Source: Laetmonice hystrix (lineage: Eukaryota). From it: a DNA stretch of 64,000 nt. Where the stretch lies: positions 7,132,001 through 7,196,000 of the forward strand of contig OZ249436.1 in the NCBI GenBank assembly GCA_965235115.1, given 5' to 3'. Below, in pieces: positions 37,621 through 48,800 of the stretch. The translations under genes and the position numbers were made by a program. Under the pieces are notes generated by a model. The model saw only the letters and a list, made by a program, of their open reading frames with translations. It was not told the origin of the DNA and did no database searches. How positions within the stretch are numbered: the stretch's first letter is position 1; the number at the start of each line of letters is the position of its first letter.

Positions 37621-39981
37621 AACCAATATCGGTATATGGTTCCATTCTCTTGGAGCTGCACCATAACAAATGTTGCTGAAGCTCACAAGTCGCTCCCAGT
37701 GCCATAATTTGTGGCAAGAAATAAAAACAAAACAAATCGTGGGAGAAGTGAGCGGTAATCAGGAGTCATGTCGAGTAATCATGTTGGGAGTAGAATGTGA
37801 GTACGTATTTAACATTGTCGGTGTTCATGTGTGTTTCTGGATACACCAAAACGGTACGTATTGTGTGCCTCTGGTGTTTAATTCATGTCTGTGCTCAGAC
37901 CATGCAGTTGGCGTGTTGCTGGCTCAGCAGACCGAAGCAGGTTACTCCCACGAAAAGATTCGTGTAACTCTTCCAGGAACAGAACAGTGGGGTGGCAAAC
38001 CCCCTGGGACAGGGCTGACAAGAAGTCGGTCAGGCTGCACTGGATGACCTGATCTTCCCGAATCCTGTGCGGTCACTGGGTACAACGGCCCAGACAGATG
38101 ATCATGAACATCATGCCTTGTAACTGGAGGGTGTGGGTGGGGAGGGGAGAGACTGAATGTGCGTTTCTGGATACACCAAAACGCTACGAATTGTGTGTCT
38201 CTGCTGCTTTAATTCAACACCACTGCTAATAGTTTTCTTTTTAAAGCTCATATTAAGTCTGTAAATTATCTTAATTGCAGTCATTTATATTTAGGAATCC
38301 AGACTTAAGTTTCGTATCCACCGGATGCCCCAGTTTTGCGACATGATGAGAATTCTTAGAAGTGGGAAGGGTTAAATCCTGCAGAAAGATCTGCCTGTGA
38401 TAGTTTGATTGTGGCATTGGGGCTCCAACGTATTGAAGATCAGGTGTAGAAAAGCAGGCTTTGCTAATCTTGTTAATCTGTGCACATCTCCTCCACTGTT
38501 TGAAGATCATCGAGATAATCCGTGATCAGGATGCCGACAGTCCTAATCTCATGCTTTCTTATCGGAACTCCCTAAACAAAAACTTCTCAGAATTGGATGC
38601 TTCCTAGAAAGCTGTTCATACACAACCGAAGATGGTTTTCCCATCCTGAGATCATACTTAACTTTTGGTGGGGAGGGTTACACTGAATTACATCAAAATT
38701 CAAAGCCTGGTTACTGCAATTATAATATACTGACGGATCATTAAAAAAATGATTTCTGTAGTTTTTTGTTTTTTTTTGGGGGGGGGGGGGGTATTCAATC
38801 TTCGTAAAACCTGCAGAGAAAGAAGCCACCGGTTTCCGTTGACCTCCCAAAGACTGATATCGTTCTGATTTCAGTATTGTGCTGTACAAATGTACATTAA
38901 CACCACCCTCCACTAAGCCTGACCTGAGGCGGGCTGTGGGCCAGCGATTGTATAACACGTATCTGGGGTCACTCGTCAGGGACACCTCTCCGGGACAGAG
39001 GTCAGCCGTGGGTCAGTTTTGTAAGTTAGTGGAACAGCTGTAGCTGGCACAGTGGACTGCGATTGACAGGTCTGTTCATACAATGGTTGGTCGACGATCG
39101 CAGTCAGTACAGTGGGGTTCACACTGCTCGTCCGGTGCAAAATCGTCCGGCACATCTCATATGATCTTGCGGCTGCTCATATTGAGCGACCCTTACCCGC
39201 ACTAAAGTCCATATCCACCAGAGCGTGTCGAGAAACGAATCACCCCAGAACAGCCACTAGGTGGCGTCGCAGACAGTCAAGCTGCCGTTTTAACAGGAAA
39301 TGGGTAAAGTCAACCTGTCAGTAGACCTCATCAAGGTTTGGTACCGAGAAACGCGTATTTTTTTTTTATAGTGTGGACATATTTTCAGGGTGGCATCAAT
39401 GCACCAGCGCCCCTGGTGCACTATGGCGGGTGCACTATGGTGCACTATGTCGGCAAGCGAGCGTTCAGATTGAAGTTATCCGACATAAGTAGTTTATCGA
39501 CATAGCTATGCCCCCAATGTACCCGTGTAACTCGGTGGCTTACGCGACGTAAGTTATGTCGGGTGATTGCGTCCATATACAGGTGCCCACCCGAAACAGC
39601 TGGTAGGCGTTGCAACAAGCCTCCACTGTGTGAACATGGCCTAAGGCACTGGATACAGACGTCGATATGATACTGTTCGTAGAAAATGTGATAAAACAAC
39701 AATATCTCAAGTCCATATTAAAACAAAATGTTATTGGTTATTTAAGAAGCAAGTCTACTGGTGTCCGTGTATCGAAATTGAATATATGAGAAAATCCATG
39801 ATGAATTATCCGGGACAAAGAGCAAGGCTGCGATTACCTTCCCCACGCGTTAAATATTGATCCTTGTGTCTTTCAATAAAATTGTATCTACAATATAGAT
39901 TGTCTTTTATTAAAAGATATATACCTGGTTATTCAGAAAATGTTTCCATAAAGCCCGTCGCAGACAACAAGGAAATATTAA

Positions 39982-40321
39982 AGGTGCTATTCGTGAAAAA
40001 AAGTTCAATTTTTTTATTTTTTATTTTGTTGACGTTTATGTGATCCCACCTATCATGGAAATAGATTCACAACAAAGGAAATCAAAATTTTTCATGGATA
40101 ACGGCACAAATGGGGCTCTCTCAGAAGGCCTGTGGAGACCCTGACACGCCCCACCATAGGAAATGGCTCTATCTCGGTGCGCACCGAGATATGTTTCAAA
40201 TGCTGCACACAAACTAATAGAAGGTTTATCAGGCCAATGGTATCGGTAGGAATTTTTTCTAGTACTATGTGCACAATGTATGATAGGAGAAATGCCATTC
40301 TGTGCGAGACGAATAGCACCT
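39982..40321. mobile_element. Kolobok-like non-autonomous DNA transposon
   Basis: TTAA|AGGTGCTATTCGT ... ACGAATAGCACCT|TTAA: perfect 13-bp TIR, TTAA TSD, purine-purine start. Confidence 0.8.
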
Positions 40322-40423
40322 TTAAACATGTCGGATACCGTCGAACAATAGTCGGCCTTTTAATCACTGTATACAGACGGATTTTTGCAAATGTTCGTCG
40401 TCTGCGGCGGGCTTAAAGGCCCA

Positions 40424-40474
40424 GCCACACATACCGACCCGATCGTCTGCGACGATCGGGTCGGTATGTGTGGC
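40424..40474. repeat. Perfect 24-bp inverted repeat with 3-nt loop
   Basis: GCCACACATACCGACCCGATCGTC-TGC-GACGATCGGGTCGGTATGTGTGGC. Confidence 0.95.
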
Positions 40475-41834
40475 GATTCGTTGAGATGTTGATGTTGAGA
40501 TGTTTACGACGCGACGGTTCCATCGGCAGTGCACAGCGGGCGTCAAACGCAGCATGCGTCGTTTATCAACCATTCCGCATGGGGAACCACTGGCGTTCCG
40601 ACGATCGCGTCGTCGTCTGTCTGACCGGCCCATGAAATACGGGGCGACGGAATCGTCTTTACCCGTCGGGGACTATGCTGGTTTATGCCCGACGATCAGT
40701 CACTCCGCAGTCAGTTCTAAGTGCAATCAGGATAATTCAAAAATAAATTCGAACCGACATTTTTGAATAACGTATGATCACACGGTGGCTGACATCGACG
40801 TCTAATCTTGAACCGAAGTGATGAACTTCGCAGACATGAGGAAGATTCTAAATAAAAAGTAATTTTAAAGCAGTTGTTTAGATATCAAGATGTTTGTATT
40901 CCCAAAACGACGTAGTACAAAAATACCGGAAACTGAAGAATGGAGCATTTGTTATGATATCTAGAACAAAGACGATAAAGATTGCAGATAATGATATCAA
41001 ATTCACGGTCTGACCCACTTGTGGCAGGACCGCCTGTAAAACTGACCCCTCGATATGACCCAAGGTAGCGTTTGAAACCCAAGTCTAAGTCTAGATGAAC
41101 AAACATAAAGAAAACCACGAACTTCAACACTGGAGCCATTAAGGAAATGAATGTATTGAATTATGGTTCCTTGACGATGGATTTTCGTATGCATTGACCC
41201 TTGTTTGGAAGGAGAAAACTACAAAGAGTTTCTTTCACAGGAACAATGTCAGCCTGATTCAAGATATTCGAAATTAAAAGACATTTCTTGTTAAATATGG
41301 TGCGTGATACTGTCTCCAATCTCTCATTGCCATTCGCTCCATGTAAGGAACGTTTTAATTCGCGTCTTATATCCTGCAGAGGCTTGTTTTCACGTGGAAA
41401 TAAGTGTTGTTTATCACAAGCGCTCCAGGCTTTAGTCAATGACGCAATGACTTATCTATATTGCATCAATCGACATGCCAAACCTTACTTTAATCAGCGT
41501 TAGGAATATTTGAAGGAATGTCGTCAACTTGGCGTCAACTTGGCGTCTTTCATGCCTCGAGGCATTACTTCTGGAGAATATGCTTTGAGGTCTAACTATA
41601 CCAAAAATACCCTGCGGCATTTTACTTGGGAGGAGGGGGGGGGTCTTGTTTCCAGTTAGTGTAGAAGGTGGGTCACATTGTTTTGTTGGTGAGTGACTCA
41701 CAGAATACTGGGGCCACCTGACAAGGTCTGGGAATGTTGTAGCACGTTGTTTACAGCTCCGTCCAACAGACGGGTGACCCTGGCTATCTCATTGGAATGT
41801 GTATGTGACACCTTCACGTAGCCTCCCTTCCCGC

Positions 41835-41894
41835 CACAACAAGCCAGCACCACGAGTTAAGTCACAACAAGCCAGCAGCACGAGTTAAGTCACA
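41835..41894. repeat. 2 x 28-bp tandem duplication
   Basis: CACAACAAGCCAGCASCACGAGTTAAGT repeated. Confidence 0.85.
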
Positions 41895-43937
41895 TGGTCC
41901 TTGGAACTCTGCCCAGCAGGTGGCAGTAACGTGCTGGCTTCGGTTATTTATCATGTTTCATGGGAAATAAAGTGCAGCCACATCAGTCTTAGTCTCACAG
42001 GTCAAGTTGTCGGACTAAACGTTTCGACTTCAAGCTGATGATATACCAGGAACCGAGAATGGAAACGGATGTTGTGAGGTCTTGAATAGAAAGCTAGACT
42101 GTTTGACAGGTTGTTAGCTGTTTGTGCCTTTTAATTGCTTTGGCCATTACAACTGATCTGTGTGTACTGCACCAATTGTAACTGGTCGGCAGTTACTAAG
42201 TGTCTATGATTGCAATACAAATATCATATCCCAGTATTGAGACCTTGAAATTGACAGGTGTGGTGTGGTAAGGCAGACACCTAATGAAGTACAGGTATAC
42301 CTGCTGTCTCACGGTAGGAGGCTGGCCTTCAGGTAGACCACAGCACGATAATTAGGGTAACTAATCAGGGAACAGACGGGTATACAACAGCAGGGTAACA
42401 CAGAACGCTCAAGGTCACCGGCTACCTAAGTGTCATCCACCGGAACTGGGTTAATGACTTACTCAATACGGCCCAATCACCCCTCTTGACCCTGACCAAT
42501 CAGATAGTACTTGATATTGTCGGGAGGTGGCGCTGCATAACTTAATAACTGACCAGTTACCTTGTCTCCAGAACACGACAGAGAAATTCTGCAATGCTGA
42601 CTTACAAACGAAGCGGTGGGTTGTTATGGCACTGAGTATGATTTAGTGCGCCGTGTATCTATAAAAGTGGACATTGGACATGGTTGTAGCCAATACATGG
42701 TAATGGTTGAATCGCTGTGCCCATTGAGCTCCAGGTTATCGGGGCTATCCCTCACTCGGCATGGAGAGAGTAATAGCATATTGATTCGTGAGGATCTCGC
42801 CTGCCTCGCTTCCTTCCCAAGGTTCATGAGAGTTGTGGCGGTTTCATGTCTGAACTTGACAACTACAGCTGACCTGAGGTCACTTTCCTCGTCCAAACCC
42901 AGCCATTTCAGGCGAGAGGATTACCGTATTTCCTGCTCCACCCAAGCTGGGCCCTTAGTATAAAAATGTGATGGTTTCTGCCATGTCCGGATGGCTGTTT
43001 ATTCCATCCGTTTTTCCGCTTGTATTGCTGCAGCACTTCTACGTTCTGCGTTCTCGATATCTGGGTGTTCAGAGGATCGGTCCTAACTGTACGTTCAGCA
43101 ATATGTATTTCAGTTTCCCCGAAAGATCCCGAGTTATTTTCCTGTTTTCATGAAGAGTATTTACTCAGAGTCGTAATGTTGGCCAGGTTTTTGTTGATAT
43201 GCCAGGTTGATGGGTTAAGGAGAGGATTAATTGTTAGTGAATCTCCACCGTGAAGGCCGGGGATGGGCCACATCAGAGCTGGCCTGTATGCTGGGCGTCA
43301 AGGCGTCCTGTCTGCTGGACAGCGGCCAGTTAGGCCTTCAGGACATGTCCCTCTGCCAACCACACCACACGGATTGCTACCACACCCACGTCAACACCCA
43401 GCCAAACCAAGGCATTGTTCACATATCTCGGTCAGTGTGTCCTCACGGAGGTTAAGTTAAGAGTTTTAACTTACAGTTACAGTCACCTTCTGAGATTTGC
43501 GCAGGGTACTGAAGAAAACACGATTTTATTATTGTTCTCCTGTATCACGTGTATTGACGCCTGTTGATCCGCGATGGTGTCAGATGGGCGTAGCCTAACG
43601 GATTACGTTGTGAGAAAGCATCCCGAACACACTAAACCAGTATTATGGGATTAATTAGCAAGGGCAGAGGTGTGGGGAAAAGTAGCTTCAGCAGTAAAAG
43701 ACAGTTACAGGTGTGACATTACCACAGGCCCCCTCCCCCCGGGTGCCAGAGGGGTGCTGAGCCCGGAAATTACAGAGCACATCTAGACAAAACATATGTA
43801 GGAGCATTGAGATGACTTGGCGATACTGACAGTGAGAATGTGTGCTACCGTCTCTGGCCCAGTTTCTAGCTAAAGGTACCATACTCCCTGCCAAGAAACA
43901 TGAGTCCCTTTGTGATATTCTGAACCGGCCACTGAGG

Positions 43938-43952
43938 ATGAACACCCCGTGG
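43938..43952 (+). CDS. Candidate alternative N-terminal exon MNTPW
   Basis: aggATG, TGG|gtaagg, phase 0. Confidence 0.3.
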
Positions 43953-44926
43953 GTAAGGCCCAGCCTCCCACCCACTGAACATAAACTACCCCTGCCTAGC
44001 TTAACATTGACAACACCTGATCTGTGGTTGGCTCGGTCAGGGGTTGTTAGGGAACGCGAGCGAGTATAAAGAAACGATGGTTTAGTTATGTGTTACACTG
44101 CAGTGATGGTTTCCTGGAGGGAGGAAGTGTTCAACAGTAATGAGGTTGGTGTCGGTATGTGTGTGTTTCTTGCCCCAGTGGTTTCAGACAGGGAGCTGTG
44201 CGGCTGCTGTCAACTCGCCTCGACCGGTGTGAGTTTGTACGCACAGTTGCTGAATCAGCTGCAGTGATTACCACGCAGTTTTCACCACCGACTCGGTCTG
44301 AAGTCTGGCGGTGTATGTCGGCTGTGGTCTACCGCTGGTTCTCTGGTTTCTCAGGACACAATACTCGCTGTTCGCGGCGGTTCCTCCCCACCCTGACACG
44401 GATGCATTGCGATGGGCCAATGATCAACTCAACTTGTGGAGGTCATTACATCTAGTAGTTTCGATGTATCTATCACCTCCGGAAATTACATATATGCTGA
44501 AGGATACAGAATAACGTCTAACAAAGTTTTAAAAAATGCCACTTTTCGAGCATCGATCACTAGTGTCATCTATACATGGAGTGTTTGAGGTTGTTGTTCA
44601 CACCAGACAGTTTGATTAGCGGTAAGAAGCAGCCGAGCGTCGTAACCAATGAAAGGTGTGAAAACCAATCAAGGTAGTGGTCTCTATGAGGTTACCTGGG
44701 TACTTCAAGGTGGGGACTGCCTTCATGACTTCATATCAAGGGTGAAGTTGGAGCAGTGAGCAGCATACAGGCCCAGACTATTGAGGCTGTGTTAGAACTG
44801 AAGTCATTGAGAAACGTCAGGCTGTATACTGGTGTGTGTGTCTGAGAGAACCAAGCACCGAGTCAGTGGTACAGGCTCAGACAGAGTCTCGTTCAAGGTA
44901 CAGCTGACTTCATGTAACTGGTCGCC

Positions 44927-44938
44927 ATGATCCAAAGG
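44927..44938 (+). CDS. Candidate alternative N-terminal exon MIQR
   Basis: gtcgccATG, AGG|gtacgt, phase 0, ~700 bp upstream of the common exon. Confidence 0.5.
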
Positions 44939-45633
44939 GTACGTTTGTTTGTCAATACTGGGTCAGTCTGAGGTCAGGACATATTGTGGAGGCGATATAA
45001 CAACAAAGTATCACCCCAGGTAGGCCTACCTGCTACCAGGAGGATAATGAATACCTGTCTATGAACCAAGATATGAACTTGTACTGGCTGTACTGTAGGT
45101 AAGGTTGTACCAGTGAACTTGGTCCACAACTGCTGAGTGTTATGTCATAGTGGCCACTCAGTGGTCAAGTACTATATGCATGGTCAGCTCCACACTGGCA
45201 ACAGTGTGCTATCTGGTACAAACGTGAACGGGCCCCTATTAGTGTAACCCGAACCAAGACAACCTTTGTTGTAATGGGCGTATATATGTCCGGGAATTCT
45301 TTTTCCTTTTTATTTATTCCAGTCAACACAGAGTATAGGATATATGCAGGTTTTTTTCAGGAGAGAGATCGGTTTCAATATTTAAATTTTACAGGGCAGG
45401 CTTACTTTTTTTTAGGTTGACTTGCTGTTTTCGTTAATAATTATCAAAAGACTGATCTAAGGGGAAATTTTAATATGTTGATCTATAATATCTTTATTGC
45501 AGTCATATTTTGAGAGTCAGCAAAATTCAAGCCGGATCAGTACCATTCAGTGTGCCCACCGTTTCTAATTACTCGAAATACATAAAAGTGGAGACAGACT
45601 TATTAATAAGTGTTGTTTATTTTGTTGTCACAG

Positions 45634-45820
45634 AGCCAGGAGGTGGGAGGGGAGTCGGCCATGGATCGAATGAAGAAGATCCTCAGCTCACCCATGACTA
45701 AGAAACGAGCCATCTCCTCGAACCGCTACTTTGGCATTCCCCTGGAAGATGTCATCAAGAGAGAGGACTCTACGGTTCCTTTCCTTGTACAGAAGATCTG
45801 CATCTACATACAGACACATG
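45634..45820 (+). CDS. FAM13A: FAM13-like first common coding exon (SQEVGGESAMDRMKKIL...IQTHG); in-exon ATG at 45661
   Basis: gtcacag| ... G|gtgagt; FGIPLE RhoGAP start. Confidence 0.9.
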
Positions 45821-48800
45821 GTGAGTGGCCAACCTTGTCTCAGACCTTGGGGCCATTATTATCAATCCAATGTCAGACTAACCAACGAGTTCTATACTCG
45901 CTGGACTAACACAGTCTGAGAACAGAAGTGGCAGACTTGTTATTGGATCTTTATCAATCCAATGTCAGACTGACCAACGAGTTCTATACTCACTGGACTA
46001 ACACAGTCTGAGAACAGAAGTGGCAGACTTGTTATTGGACCTTTATCAATCCAATGTCAGACTAACCAACGAGTTCTATACCCGCTGGACTAACACAGTC
46101 TGAGAACAGAGATGGCAGACTTGTTATTGGACCTTTATCAATCCAATGTCAGACTAACCAACGAGTTCTATACTCGCTGGACTAACACAGTCTGAGAACA
46201 GAAGTGGCAGACTTGTTATTGGACCTTTATCAATCCAATGTCAGACTAACCAACGAGTTCTATACTCGCTGGACTAACACAGTCTGAGAACAGAGATGGC
46301 AGACTTGTTATTGGACCTTTATCAATCCAATGTCAGACTAACCAACGAGTTCTATACTCGCTGGACTAACACAGTTTGAGAACAGAGATGGCAGACTTGT
46401 TATTGGACCTTTATCAATCCAATGTCAGACTAACCAACGAGTTCTATACTCGCTGGACTAACACAGTCTGAGAACAGAGGTGGCAGACTTGTTATTAGAC
46501 CTTTATTATCACTGGATGCAAATGGAAGCAAGGCTCTTGAAAGTACAGATATAATACAAATACAAATTTACAGTGTAGAAATCAGAATGTTCCGATTTTC
46601 GAACTTTCAGATCACAATATATTCATCAAATAATGTCAACTTTTAAGGTTCAAAACAGCCTTTCCTTAGGCTTAACAATGCCCAAACCCCAGGAGCTCAC
46701 AGGGGCTCCGCCCCCTGTACCCCACTACCCCAGGCCCCTGCCCCCTGGACCCCTGACGGGTAGTGTTCAGATGGGTTTCCAATGTTGGCAGGGATGACAG
46801 TATTGTTGCGGTGAATCTGTGTCCTCGGGATACGGCCATGTTGTATGACTATATCTGACCTGGATGTGTTTGTTATGCTCTTAAAGGAACCTTGTTTGAT
46901 AGACTTGAAGAGTGCAGGTTTTCACGTGTATTTATTAAGCTGTGGTCAGTGTCAGCTGGCTGAAGGAGACAGTCTGACCAGTGACCAGATGGCTGGCGTC
47001 ATATGTGTAACTGCTATCTAACCTAAACCACTCGGCTTTCCTTGTCTTGCAGCATGTGATGCTGTACCTTTTGAAAATAGTTATTTAATTAAATAAAATA
47101 TTATTCTTTTGATGTATTGACATTTGTATCATAGAATTTCTAATAGCGTAGAGGATCCGCGTCGAGCCATAGAAACAAATATCGTTTTCTGTTACAGGAA
47201 TAACGTCTGAAGGTATTTTTCGTGTGAATGGAAACTCCCGGGTGGTGGATCGTCTACGAACGTCATTTGACCGTTCAGGAGATGCAGACTTGGAGGAGGC
47301 TGGGGATGTCATGGCCGTCGCCGGACTCCTAAAACTCTACCTGCGAGAATTACCTGACGGCGTTATCCCTGACAATATGACCCAACTCTTTGTGACCACA
47401 CAACTTGGTAAGAAAATCATTTTGATCATAAAGTGTTGTAGTTAGGAATTATTGATTGTCATTACCAGTGGATAATTTGGAGGGTGGCCACAGCACAAGG
47501 AAATGGGAAAAGCAGAGAAAATGGCCGAAATAATTCCCTGCAGGAAAAACACGGCAACAAATCGCAACAACAAAAAAACAACAACAAAATTGACAGCCAA
47601 GAAAAATATTAGGCAGATTCTGTACGACATCTCATGTTGCATTCATATGATTGTGATCCTCTCCGTTTTATACACGTAATTAGATTTTCTTTTCTTATTA
47701 TTTCTTCCCATTTGAACAGTTTTGATTGTCCGGTACATAACAGGTTCTTCATAAAGATTTGACTATACTGTGTATGAAAATCCTATCTTGTAGAATATGC
47801 TTCGAATGTGGCCGAGTGTGTGGTTCGGCTACGCATGCTTCTCACCAAGTTACCACGTCCTAGCTACGACCTGCTCAAGTTCCTGTCCCGGTTTCTTGTC
47901 GTCGTGTCCCTCAGTGAGAGCCAGAATAAGATGAATCCCATGGCCCTGGGCATCATCTTTGGCCCCAATCTCTTCAGGTAAGCAATGAGGTCAATCTCAG
48001 AGAGAGATGTACTCAGAGTGAAGGAAATACACGGATAGTCTGTTTACAGGGATTGAGTAATAGAGACAGAGGGAAGAAAATCTTAAAGTTGGACTGAGAA
48101 ATATGAATGGGAAGCAGGTTCCTTTATAAAAGAAGCTTATTTATTCTATATGCAGATCATAATCTTAACCGAATCAGAAAGTGAAATTGAGATTTTGGTG
48201 TTTTGAAATTTGTGAGTTTACAACTGTTGCGGAAGGAAACAATGCAATGCATAGGGCAATGTGACTAGAACATAGAGGTAAGGGGGTTTGTGTGTACGAG
48301 TTGGGTGTAGTTCTCTTCATGGCTTGTAGATCTTCGGTACGAACCTTGGAAATCTCTGCTTAAATCATCATTTCCTAGGCTGACCTAAGTCGAAATCCTA
48401 TTAAAACTGACAGTCGAGGTTTAAGAGTAAGACAAGCGTTCATTCAGGCCTGTTTCCCATGTCAGCCGTTTTGATGATACAAGCTGCAAATATATCTCCA
48501 TGGAAACGTGCACATCTCTGGTCTGATGGTATCCGTCCAGGGAATGACAAACTAGATAAGGAGTGCGTTGACGTAGACAGAACGAGTAGGCCGTGTCAGG
48601 GGCCTGGGATACGATCCCATTAAATGGGGACCGGGCTGGCTGGCTCTAATCGCCAGGCTGTCAGTGGTAAACACTGGAGAGATCCCATCGAGGGGATCAA
48701 CCACTTCCATGTCGGTTCAATCAGTGGGTGTTTGTGGATCGCAGCAGGCAGTGTCGTCATGTACGAAACACCATGGGAATCTTATGAGGACAGATGGGTA

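Noticed and set aside
5434..45633. Nested independent protein-coding gene or autonomous transposase/RT in the large 5' region
   Set aside because: No ORF over ~150 aa and no recognisable domain motifs in any frame.
45859..46506. CRISPR array or hammerhead-ribozyme satellite
   Set aside because: Whole 92-bp units are near-identical, and no CUGANGA/GAAA core was found on either strand.
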